Below, in pieces: positions 1 through 10,680 of a stretch of 64,000 nucleotides of DNA. The DNA lies in the NCBI GenBank assembly GCA_951406725.2, contig OX597818.1:6448001-6512000 (forward strand), read 5' to 3'. The translations under genes and the position numbers were made by a program. This DNA is from Octopus vulgaris. Lineage: Eukaryota. Positions within the stretch are counted from its first letter, which is position 1. Each line of letters begins with the position of its first letter. Under the pieces are notes generated by a model that saw only the letters and a list, made by a program, of their open reading frames with translations, made no database searches and was not told the DNA's origin.

Positions 1-492
1 CATGTTTTTGGTAATTTCTGGTGGTGAGGCTTTGGTCTTGTGCTGCAATTAAAAATCCCTCTGTCTCTGCTTTGAGTCCTGAGCTTCTCAACCATTGCTG
101 GGATTTTTCTTTGTCTATTTCTTATGCGTTTAGTTTAGTCCAGTATTTACCATGAAGGGGCTTTTCTTGCCATCGTTTTATCATGGTTCGTTGCTGTTCT
201 ATTTTTAGTTTGGATTTCATTTGTTTTATAGCTTTTGTTGTTTCTTCATCGTCTTCTTCTTCATGTTTATTAGGTGGTATGATTTCTTGTTTGTATTTGT
301 CAGCTTCCTTAAATACTGAGAACAGTTTTTTGCTTTGCTCGTGTTTTGCCGCTATCTGGATCAGTTTTCCTTCCTTCTGAAGTAGATATTTTTGCAGGTG
401 GTCATTTTATATTAGTTTTCCAGCTGTATAAGGCATCTACCACCTTCTATACGTTGTATATATAGTCGTTCTATGTCAGATTTTGGGTGATG

Positions 493-494
<2 letters not shown>
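1..494 (-). mobile_element. R4/Dong-type RLE non-LTR retrotransposon fragment (family A), 5'-truncated, runs off the window start
   Basis: The reverse strand reads MHHPKSDIERLY...[11 protein letters not shown] and closely matches 20190-20765. It abuts an (ATT)n tract. Confidence 0.85.
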
Positions 495-553
<59 letters not shown>

Positions 554-556
<3 letters not shown>

Positions 557-2290
557 TAGTTTTATTTTTATAGCGTGCTTTCACTTCACTACCGAGCACA
601 GCTCTGTGTGCCTTGGGTATGTGCTGTGATTAATTGTGAAGCTGTGATGGTTACTGTATTGAAAGTGTTCTGCGTAGGATGTGTGCAGTGCCTAGTTGTG
701 CAATTTTCTGTATGTTATATGTGTTTGTAAGTCCTGGTGTTTTTGTTATGTATTTGTCTGAATATATTTTTATCATACCTAATGCGCCTACTATGATAGG
801 GATTGCTTCTGTTTTGAGATTCCACATTCGATCTATCTCTGTTTCCATGTCTTTGTATTTTGAAAGTTTCTTCATTTCTTTTAGAAACACGTTGTCATCT
901 GCTGGTATTGATACATTAATTAGAAAGAATTTTTTTCTTCATGATCTCTGACAACTATCGGTGTGTATTGGCATATCACAGAGTATGGTTGCTTTCTCGT
1001 TTTCTGTGACCTTTTCTGGTGTCTGCTTACACCATCTTTTTTCTGTCGTTATTCTATAATGTTGGCATAGCTTCCAGTGTATGTAGGTCTCAACTCTGTC
1101 GTGTCTGTGAATATATTCCTTCTTAGCCAGGACTGGGCAGCCAGGGATAATATGATTTATTGTTTCTTGTCCATCTCCACATATTCTGCAGTTACTTGTT
1201 ATATTTCTTTTCATTACATGTTCTTGGTAATTTCTAGTGGGGAGACTTTGGTCTTGTGCTGCAATTAAAAAATCCCTCTGTCTCTGCTTTGAGTCCTGAG
1301 CTTCTCATCCATTGCTGGGATTTTTCTTTGTCTATTTCTTTTGCATTTAATTTAGTCTAGTGTTTGACATGAAGAGGCTTTTCTTGCCATCGTTTTATCA
1401 TGGTTCGTTGCTGTTCTAGTTTGAGTTTGGATTTCATTTGTTTTATAGCTTTTGTTGGAAATGCTACGTTTGTCTTCGTGTTTTACTATCTCAGTGTCTA
1501 TATTATTTGGCATTGTTCTGTGACTTCTATCTACATTTTCCTGATATATTTTTTCTTTTAAATGTTCTATTTCTATTTCTGATATCTTTTGTGTTGGGAA
1601 TATATCTTCGTATGTTAGCTAGTTTATTAGGGTTCATTGCTGTATCCAAGTATTTATTTATGTTATTTTTCATCCATATTTTATATGTATATGTTGTTGT
1701 GTTTACATTCTTTGGGTAGAGCACTGCTGTAACGTAAGCATGTAGGATTGAAATATATTCCTCACGTGTCCATTTATACCTTTTTGCTTTTATTTGCGGG
1801 ACATGAGTAATAACGTCCGGCCCTTTATTTTGACGGTCGTCATTTTCGTAGGGTACTGGTCCGTTCATTTCTGTTGTCACATTGTTTTGCACATGTAGGT
1901 TTTTGTACTTTTTGTATAACAAGTTTAAAGTACGCACTTACCGATTGTTATTCTTGGCTTGAATAATACCGGTATTATTTAATTTATTTGTAGTTTTTTT
2001 GTACATGGTGTTTGGGGTCGGAGAAGATCTGGTCTTGATGGATCGTAATTATCAAGCATGTTTACATGTTGTGCTGTGTGAGAGGTGGTGATGATATCGA
2101 GTTAAAATACATCATTTCATTTGCAAAATAGTAATAAATTTCAAAGAGTATTACTTACTCGGATATAGTCCAATTCTTTGTCAGTTATTTTTTGGCTCCA
2201 TGCGATGTCTTTGTTTCCGATGTTTGTGGATAGATTTCGGAGCACTGTTTTTTCGCTCTCACATGTTAAACGTCCCCCGGTGTTCTCTCA
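554..2290 (-). mobile_element. Dong family A copy with a large internal deletion (5' end and N-terminus joined directly to the RLE C-terminus and 3' UTR)
   Basis: ORF 1527-1937 (KAKRYKWTREEY...NKLANIRR) matches the N-terminus of the intact Dong ORF. ORFs 939-1214 (CRIC..ETINHI..GCP, RHDRV) and 651-890 (KLSKYKD) are the RLE domain. The RT domain is missing. (ATT)n lies on both sides. Confidence 0.8.
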
Positions 2291-2302
2291 TTATTATTAT
2301 TA

Positions 2303-2388
<86 letters not shown>

Positions 2389-5300
2389 TACTTTCAATCT
2401 GCATGCTTGTTACAATCACGTGCCGAGACATACCGAGCGTCCTACGGTAAGTGAAGGACGAAATATGTTACAGTAAGACTGAAAGTTTGGGAGGGGAAGT
2501 GGCAGGGAGAGTAGCGAAATATCTTCATGGAATACAACTCACATTTATATTGATGGGGTTTTTCTAATGATGAGGGCAGTACTTGTCAGCACAATTCGTT
2601 CAGTTGCTCTGATACATAGTTCTCCTGGGATATTATCTTGAAGTTTCTGACATCTCTTTCTTATCATACCCAGGGCACTCACAATAACAGGAACAGTTCT
2701 CGCTTTAATCTCGCTTCGATCCTGTTTCTTGCATTCAGCTCTGTCTTGAATATTACACTTTGATAACATTCTCTTCTGATCATTTCCCTCATCACTGATT
2801 GTTTGATCCCGTCCCCTTCAAATACCCTTACATGTTTGCATCTCTCCACTGGTTCTAACTCCCTTTAAGTCATTCTACTGGTCAAGATTAATATTGGATG
2901 ATTCTGTCATTTTTCCTTTGACAAAGGTAGCGTTTGCACATTTATCGAGGCCAAATTGCATCCTGATGTCATCACCGAATTGTTTAACAATCGCTAGTAA
3001 GCCCTGAAGTTGTTGGTCATGTAAATGAGATGATTTATATTTTTATCAAACATTTTATAGCCGTATATCATCGAGCAATTTCGAGAGTGGCATTAAGGCT
3101 AGACAAAAGAGGAGTCGTGAAAGAGTCACCTTGGAGACGGGCACATGAAATTCTTATATCTCCTGCATTGAGAGATTCAGTGTCACTGTTGAAAGTCAGA
3201 GTCGTTCTTCATGATCTCATGCTCACTGACAAGAACTTTCGCAGAGTAGAAGTAGGTGCTATTTTATACATTTCCAGATTAAATCCAGCTATGTGGTAGA
3301 CTATCAAAAGCTTTTGTTTTATAATCTATGCAGGCTATCGACAAGAGTTTGTGTCGTTTGCGATCACCTTAGTAATGAGCAGCTGATGTTTACGACCATA
3401 GGATCCACTTTTGCATCATTTTTGCTCATTATGGAATATGCCACTTTCTATTAAAATATTATAGGTATATTGAGCAAGACAGATGTTAGCATTTTATACA
3501 TACTTGTTAAGCAGGTTATGTGTCTATAATTTTTGTTCATTTGTTTTTCCATTTTTTGTGGGGAAGTAGGAATGATACACCATTAAATAGCCAAGATGAA
3601 ATACTGGCAGGTTGTTGCAAAACATTCTTGTAAAATTTCGGTAGCATTTCACGGCTTTCTGAGAATGCATTCAGCTAGAAGTTAAGAATTTTATACTTTC
3701 CTGGAGAATTCCATTGACTTGACCTCCTTAGAGTAGATCTTAAATCCTCTACCTTCATAACCTCCCACTTTTACTCTTCTAAGGAGTCTTAGTCTGTAGA
3801 TATTCTATCAATCCAAGGAGCCTTTTCATTGTGTGTTTTCTTCTGCTCAAATTTTATTCCAAAATTCCTGCTGTTCTTTTGATGAGACAGACTTTACTGT
3901 AACTTGTATTTTCCCTGTCTTCTTGTAACAATGTTCTGGGTTATTTTTTGAACATGTTGTTGCCCTTGAAGAATCTAACGTGCTTTTCATACCTTGCTAT
4001 GCGGGCAGCTTTAGCATATACTTTTTGTTTGATAGTTTCTATGGTGGTATCGATGTCAAGTATGGTTTTCATATACCTTTTATTTAATTTTCGGATTTTT
4101 GTTGGTTTGATAGTCTTGTCAAAATCAAGGTTTTTTAAACATTTTATGTCAGACCTAAGTAGCTGAATTTGGTGTTGAATACTCTCAAAGCAGGCTTTTG
4201 TGGGAATGTTGTCGTTTTCTAATCTTTTCACCACATAGAATCGTTGAGATTTTCACGGATGCATATTACAGGCGACAGAGAAACGTAATATCAACATCAT
4301 TAGATGAAATTATATCCTTAAGTTCAAGGCGGATCTTATCAACTATTATACCGTGTTGGTTAGAATTGCGACTTTTTGAGAGAGTGTCGCGTTCATTCAT
4401 ACTGGTTTCTTTAATTTTCAGCCATTCAATCATGATTTAATTTTTTAGATCAGGTTGTTCTGTTTGGTAATTTCTGTGTGACTTTCTTCATCTATCTGAT
4501 TTTCATCTGCCTCAGTGTTTAATGATGGTTCATTTGCCCTAATGTTGTTTCATAGATTACTTCACGTTGCTTATCAGTTACATTAACTCTTTCAATTATT
4601 ATTGCATTTTCATTAGACCTGAGTTGGTCTATAATTATTTTATCTGTAGTAGCTTCTTTAGATGCAACTTCGTTCCTTTTATCACTTACTGATTGTTTAA
4701 TCTGGTCATCTCTAATTCTGTTAGTAATTTCTTTTTCACAATATTTCTTCTGACGTTGGCAAGTTCTCTTCTGTCTATGTAGGGTTCTCTTCAAGGTGTT
4801 AATGTCTCCATTTTAAGTAGGTTTCTACATTATTATATTTATTTGTGGGGAAATACATGGCATGAGAGAAGGCCTCAAGAACTTGTATTATCTCCTCTAA
4901 ATCATTTTAAACTTTTTCTTTTGGCTATTTGATGACGAGCAAGAACGGCCCTCTGTTGGAATATTCCGGTTGTGTGGCACTTCTAGCTCCTCTGTTTTGG
5001 GAAGATTTGAACCAGTAACTGATTTTTTTTGTACCCAACCTGGTTCATCATTCCAGCACGTGGTCCTTGATGATCCGGGTGCGCCCTATCTGGTTTTTAC
5101 TTTGCTTTGTTATCACTGAGGCATGACGAGCTTGGACGTTGACATTATGGGGCGGATCTGTTTGTTTAGGGTTAATGTTTTGAGACATTGTCACCTCTTA
5201 GTTCTTTGAATGAAAACATTGCACGTAACGTAGCTTCTTATTGCTAAAAGATCTGTATTTGTCTGTAAGTTTTTGATAGATTTATCTCTGGGTATAGTTT

Positions 5301-5814
5301 TTTTGTGGTGTTTTTAAAGTTGTGTAGTGTTCATTTTGTCTGTGTTATGTCGAAAAATATAACATTGTTTTGTCTTTCCTTCGTTTCTCACACGTGTTTT
5401 CATATGCGTGTATGTGTGTCCTGTAAATTTCCCGTAGTTGGGTAAAAATCAGGATGTATATTAATCCTATGGGTATTAAAATGCATATATATTTGTGTAG
5501 ACATGCGAGTGTATGCGTAATTAATCAATGTATGTACTTACTAATTTGTTTTATTTATATTCTATATTTAGTAAATTTTCTGATGTTGATCTCGCGTGAG
5601 TGTTTCGCATAGGTTTCACTGAGACATCGTGCGGAGGACAAAATGCGCTTTGTATGGCAGTAAAATTTGGTTTTTGTGATTATTTTCGTTAAAAGACCGT
5701 TTCGTTCAAGTCTTCCAGGGGTTCTTTAATCCCATTTCACCGATGTTATTAGATTTCATTTGTTTTGAATGGAGAGCTCGGTGTAGCACATCCATGTTGA
5801 TATCCAGCGCGGAG

Positions 5815-5818
<4 letters not shown>
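2389..5818 (-). mobile_element. Degenerate Dong copy related to family B, with 5' UTR and 3' UTR
   Basis: The 3' UTR resembles 5921-6075. Fragmentary ORFs read KAARIARYEK and PVIVSALGMIRK, and a QGDS-like RT remnant lies near 3125. There are many stops and deletions. TAA microsatellites flank it. Confidence 0.75.
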
Positions 5819-5892
<74 letters not shown>

Positions 5893-5920
5893 TATTATTA
5901 TTATTATTATTATTATTATT

Positions 5921-8900
5921 GTCATTTACTTTTAATCTGCATGTTTGATGCAATCACCTGCCGGGGCACACCCAGCGCCCTAGGGCAAGTGAAGGTTAAG
6001 AGTTGTTGAAATATAGCTGAAAGCTTGGGGAGGGGAAGTAGAGAAATATCTCCATGTAATACAAACACAAACATTTACATTGATAGGGTTTTTCTAAGGA
6101 TGTGGGCAGTACTTGTTAGCACAATCTTTTGGATTTCCTTGAGACATGGTTTTCCAGGGATATTGTCTAGGTGTTTCTGACATCCCTTTTTTATCATACC
6201 TAGGGCACCTACAATAACAGGAACAGTTTTTGTTTTAAGATTCCACATCCTCTGTATTTCGATTTCCAGGTCCTTATATTTACTAAGTTTGTCAAATTCC
6301 TTGACAGATACATTTTTATCAGTGGGGACGCTTACTTCTATTAGTCTGCAGGTATTTTCTTCCCTGTCTTTAACAATTATGTCTGGTCGATTAGCCTTGA
6401 TCGTTCTGTCAGTGTTGACTGGAAAATCCCAGAGGATGGTGACATCTTTACCTTCAACAACTGGCTGAGGATGGTGTTCATACCAGTTAGCAGGAGTGTC
6501 GGATTTGTAGTGTTTACATATCTTCCAATGTATATACTGTCCTACCCTATCGTGGCGATTTTTGTATTCGTTTGGTGTCAGCACAGGACATCCCGAAACG
6601 AGATGGTCTATTGTTTCGTCAAATGTGTCACAGAATCTGCATTTAGGGTCAGTACCGTTTCGGAGAACGTTAGCCTGGTAATTTCTGGTAAACAAGCTTT
6701 GATCTTGTGCTGCCATTATGAAGCCTTCAGTCTCTGCTTTCAATCCAGAACTCTTCAGCCACTGATGGGTTGTTGCTTGGTCTACATCAGCATTTTGGCT
6801 TCGGAGAATGTATTGTCCATGCAGGGGCTTCTGGCTCCACCGCCTCTCAATTTGATTCTGCCCATTCTTTTTTGCAGTCTGCCTGATTCGCTTTGCTTGC
6901 TTGGTAGCAGTGGTTTCTGGCTCTTCACCTGATTCAAGGTTAATGCCTAGTTCCCTTTCGAACTTATAAGCTTCCTTGACAATAGAATGCAGCTTTTTGC
7001 TGCTTTCGTGTTCACACACAAGTCGCAGCATCCAGTCGTTTGTACTAGATAGGTACCTGTTCATTCCTACAGTAGAGGTCTTATAGCACAGCTCCAATTG
7101 CATCATTCCTCTCCCCCCGCTGCTTCTAGGTAGGTACAAGCGGTCTACATCTGCCTTAGGGTGGTGCATGCTCCTGGATGTCAGTAACTTTCTTGTCTTC
7201 CTGTCCAAGCGTTGGAGTTCCGTAAGGTTCCAGTTAATGATGTTAAAACTGTACTGGACTACTGGAAGTGCCAGGGTGTTAATGGCCTCAATGCAATTTT
7301 TGGAGTTGAGTTCAGTCTTCAGTACAAGCCTTATTCTCCTATAGTACTCCTTTCTTATTTTTTCCTTCATAGTAGCATGATGTATACCATCTCCTTCGTT
7401 GATTCCTAGGTATTTGTAGCTTTCTTGTGGGTCAAGTTCCTTGATGGTAGTGTCAATATCTAATTTAACAGAAGCTGTTTGCCTGAGCTTGCCTCTTACA
7501 AAAGTTGCTTTAGCACACTTATCAAGGCCAAAATCCATTCCGATATCATTGCTAAACTCTTTAACAGTTGTTAGCAGCCCTTCTAGCTCTTGGTCATTCT
7601 TGGCAAACAGCTTTAGATCGTCCATATAAAAAAGGTGGTTTATTAACTTGCTAAAAACTTTGTACCCATATCTGGCACTATCCAATTCGTTTGAGAGTGG
7701 GATCAGTGCCATGCAAAAAAGTAATGGAGAGAGGGAGTCACCTTGAAAGATGCCTCGTTTGATGTTGATGCTGTTGGACTGGCTCATCCCATTACTATGG
7801 CTTAGAAAGAGACGTGTGTTCCACATGGTCATGCTATTCTCTAAGAATTTTGAGACGACAGGGGAGATCTTGTATATCTCAAGGGCCTTGAGTATCCATT
7901 TATGTGGGACACTGTCATACGCTTTCCTGTAGTCTATCCATGCCATACTCAGGTTTTTGTTTTTGCTCCGGCAATTCTCTACAATCATTCTGTTTATGAG
8001 CAATTGGTCTTTGCACCCATAAGAGTTTCTTTTACAACCTTTTTGAGCTTGTGGAAGGATAGAATTTTGTTCAAGGAAAGCGTACATTCTCTCCGTTATT
8101 ATGGATGTGAGGATTTTGTAGGTGGTGTTGAGACATGTTATTGGCCGGTAATTCTTTGGGTTTTTTGTGTCTTCGGTTTTAGGTAATAGGTAAGTGGTTC
8201 CTTCAGTCAGCCAAGCAGGTATTTGCTCTGGGTTCTGAATGACATCAGACAGAGATGCAGCGAGATGTTCGTGTACCTCTGTCAAACAATTCAGCCAGAA
8301 GTTAGGGATCCGATCCAGTCCTGGGGTTTTCCATTTATGAGCCTTCCTAAGGACACACCTTAGCTCCTCTATTCCTATTGCTTCCCATTTCTGTTCTTCA
8401 AGTTCATCCAGTCTCTCTTTCTCACGTTCTATCCAGTCAGCCTCAGCATTAAACTCTTTTTCGTTGCTCCATACCTTCTTCCAGAACTCCTCCACTTCCT
8501 CAATCTTAGGTGGATCTTCTATGTGTATTTTATTTTTGCCAATTTCCCTATAAAATTTCTTTGCATCTGTCTTAAAAAATTTATTTTGTCGATAAAATTT
8601 GTTTCTTTTGTCATACCTTCTAAGCCGTTGAGCTTTCAACTGTATCCGTTGTTTCAACAGTTCCTTAGTTGCAGGGAGGTTTATGAGATCTTTGATTTTA
8701 TATTTTTGCTTGATTTTTCTAGCTTTTCTCGGCTTAATATTCACTCCTCTAGCAAGCTCATCGAGAACTGAAACATCCGCCCGCAGAGATTCAATCTCTT
8801 TTTGTATCGCTACTTTCCACTTAGGAGGTTCATTGACATGCCTGGCCTTTTTCTTTGTCATCTTAATACCTAGTTGGGTAGTTACTACTTTAGCAGTGGA

Positions 8901-9974
8901 ATAAATGAGATTATTTAAGGTTGTCAAATCATTCCCCTTATTTCTTAAGATCTGTCCTAGGGCAACGTTATATGTCATGATTGTGTTGTTATTTCTTGTG
9001 CCATTTGAAAACTTTGGTAGTGGTTCTCTATTAACCATGTCAGTGAGCTCAATCTTGCCGAGTTCTCTCATAATGTCCACTTTTGCTTCCATAATCTTTT
9101 CTCTATTATTCACCTCAAATTCTATGTCATATCTATTTTGGTTTTCTTGAGGAAGGTCTACGTTCTCCTCTTTTTTCAAATCTCTCGTCTTCGCTATTCT
9201 TTGTTTAACTTCCCCATTGGGAAGTTGATTTGCCGCTTGTACACTGGCTTCTGTACTACTATTACCTATTTCGTCTACATTGTTGCTGTTTTCTTTTGGT
9301 CTACCATGAGCTATTAGTGTCCTAATTTTGTCAATTTCAGCGTCAGTTAGTCTTTTGTTTTTAATTATATCTCTGCGTACATTACTTAATTTATTTGCGT
9401 CTATATATCTACGTACGTCATTGCCTACTGAATTTCTCCATGAGATGTATGTTTGTACACTGAGGTTATTGTTTGGGTTTAGTTGGGCTGTATAAAAAGC
9501 TTTCAACACATCTCTATAGTCCTCTCTGGTCCATTTTATACGTTTTGCTTTAGGTGGTGTTTTTGGTGGTGTCACTACAAGTCCAGAGTTAGAAGTATTC
9601 TGGTTCTGGTCACCTGGTAGATCGTCTTTTTGAGAGTTTGTTCCAGCAGCAAACTTTTCGACCCCAGTCTGGTTCCCTACTGGGTAACGCGGTCCTTGTT
9701 GTCCCGGGCGATGACCGATCCGGCATGATTTTTGGCTTGTTTTCATTAAATGATTGACGGCGACATCAGAGGGGTCCATTTTTTCAGAGTCAACTTTTTG
9801 ACAAGACGCCGCTTCTGTGACGGTGACAGGGTCAATTTTTTGACAAAACACCGCTTCTGAATTCTCCGAATTAATATATTGTTCATATCGAACTCGCATA
9901 AGACTTACAGATCGAAATTCGCCTCTATTTCTTTTGGTAGTCATGTTTCCGGGCATAACTGTGTAGTGACTTTC

Positions 9975-9975
<1 letters not shown>
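5921..9975 (-). mobile_element. R4/Dong non-LTR retrotransposon (family B) with an intact ORF, inserted in (TAA)n
   Basis: It has a single long ORF, a ~150-bp 3' UTR and (ATT)n tracts on both sides. (TAA)n targeting is the established behaviour of Dong elements. Confidence 0.92.
6075..9956 (-). CDS. Dong/R4 polyprotein: reverse transcriptase, CCHC zinc knuckle and restriction-like endonuclease (1293 aa from the first ATG)
   Basis: RT motifs NYRPITCL, AWIDYRKAYDSV, GIFQGDSLSP and FYMDDLKL. Zinc knuckle CRFC..ETIDHLVSGC. RLE motifs RHD, RPDII..LIEVSV..KLSKY. The first 31 residues of the ORF-track call are mostly translated microsatellite upstream of the first ATG. Confidence 0.93.
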   Translation of the reverse strand: MPGNMTTKRNRGEFRSVSLMRVRYEQYINSENSEAVFCQKIDPVTVTEAASCQKVDSEKMDPSDVAVNHLMKTSQKSCRIGHRPGQQGPRYPVGNQTGVEKFAAGTNSQKDDLPGDQNQNTSNSGLVVTPPKTPPKAKRIKWTREDYRDVLKAFYTAQLNPNNNLSVQTYISWRNSVGNDVRRYIDANKLSNVRRDIIKNKRLTDAEIDKIRTLIAHGRPKENSNNVDEIGNSSTEASVQAANQLPNGEVKQRIAKTRDLKKEENVDLPQENQNRYDIEFEVNNREKIMEAKVDIMRELGKIELTDMVNREPLPKFSNGTRNNNTIMTYNVALGQILRNKGNDLTTLNNLIYSTAKVVTTQLGIKMTKKKARHVNEPPKWKVAIQKEIESLRADVSVLDELARGVNIKPRKARKIKQKYKIKDLINLPATKELLKQRIQLKAQRLRRYDKRNKFYRQNKFFKTDAKKFYREIGKNKIHIEDPPKIEEVEEFWKKVWSNEKEFNAEADWIEREKERLDELEEQKWEAIGIEELRCVLRKAHKWKTPGLDRIPNFWLNCLTEVHEHLAASLSDVIQNPEQIPAWLTEGTTYLLPKTEDTKNPKNYRPITCLNTTYKILTSIITERMYAFLEQNSILPQAQKGCKRNSYGCKDQLLINRMIVENCRSKNKNLSMAWIDYRKAYDSVPHKWILKALEIYKISPVVSKFLENSMTMWNTRLFLSHSNGMSQSNSINIKRGIFQGDSLSPLLFCMALIPLSNELDSARYGYKVFSKLINHLFYMDDLKLFAKNDQELEGLLTTVKEFSNDIGMDFGLDKCAKATFVRGKLRQTASVKLDIDTTIKELDPQESYKYLGINEGDGIHHATMKEKIRKEYYRRIRLVLKTELNSKNCIEAINTLALPVVQYSFNIINWNLTELQRLDRKTRKLLTSRSMHHPKADVDRLYLPRSSGGRGMMQLELCYKTSTVGMNRYLSSTNDWMLRLVCEHESSKKLHSIVKEAYKFERELGINLESGEEPETTATKQAKRIRQTAKKNGQNQIERRWSQKPLHGQYILRSQNADVDQATTHQWLKSSGLKAETEGFIMAAQDQSLFTRNYQANVLRNGTDPKCRFCDTFDETIDHLVSGCPVLTPNEYKNRHDRVGQYIHWKICKHYKSDTPANWYEHHPQPVVEGKDVTILWDFPVNTDRTIKANRPDIIVKDREENTCRLIEVSVPTDKNVSVKEFDKLSKYKDLEIEIQRMWNLKTKTVPVIVGALGMIKKGCQKHLDNIPGKPCLKEIQKIVLTSTAHILRKTLSM

Positions 9976-10029
<54 letters not shown>

Positions 10030-10062
10030 GCTGTTGTTGTTGTTATCATTATTATTATTATT

Positions 10063-10445
10063 GAGAGAGATAGCAGCGCATACCATGAAACACGCCCAAT
10101 ATGCCATCATGGCTACCCGTCTGATAAGGATAAACCATGCACAGGCATTACAATCATATGTGCCCGACATAGTGATTTCATATCTAGATAATCAGCACAT
10201 GACCTTGTAGGTGCGACCCAGTTAGAATTTTCTCCAGGTCGAGTAGCCCATCCCGCTCAAAAGATCACTGAATGAGGGTTATTTAAGGATGTTGAGACGT
10301 CCCTGCTTCCAGAGTTAAATTATTCAAGCACCAAGGAATTCTTCTCAACGCATGGCTATGAATTTTCGCTAATACTTCTCCTCGTGATCAGAGATGGACA
10401 TTTTGTTAGCACCAAGGTACATTCTGAACTAGTTAAGGTCAATTA
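10063..10445 (-). repeat. Non-coding interspersed repeat, copy 1, next to (TAA)n
   Basis: It is colinear with 15043-15430 (e.g. cccatcatgactac..gtctgataagg, ggtcgagtagccca, gtgatcagagat). Strand is inferred from the shared end at the microsatellite. Confidence 0.7.
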
Positions 10446-10487
10446 TCAATGTTATCAATTATGAATATTATTACTGTTTGTTCCAGG

Positions 10488-10680
10488 AAGGCGGGGAGCT
10501 GACAGAATCATATGCGGTATTTCGTCTGCCTTTACGTTCTGAGTTCAAATTCCGCCGAGGTCGACTTTGCTTTTCCTTCTTTCGGATCGATAATTTAAGT
10601 ACCAGTGAAACATTGAAGTTGATGTAATCGGCTATCCCCCTCCCACAAAATTTTAGCTATTGTGCCTATAGTAGAAAGTA
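10488..10680 (+). mobile_element. tRNA-derived SINE, family 1
   Basis: Head ggcggggagctgacagaatc, B-box-like gagttcaaattcc, and core gaggtcgactttgc...aagtaccag shared with other copies in the window. Confidence 0.75.

Noticed and set aside
5700-5818. HDV-like ribozyme at Dong 5' ends (also 2200-2290)
   Set aside because: Such ribozymes are known in related elements, but the nested double pseudoknot could not be built by eye. An Infernal search is needed.
9957-10049. Poly-Ile N-terminus (signal or membrane anchor) on the Dong protein
   Set aside because: It is translated (TAA)n microsatellite upstream of the first ATG.
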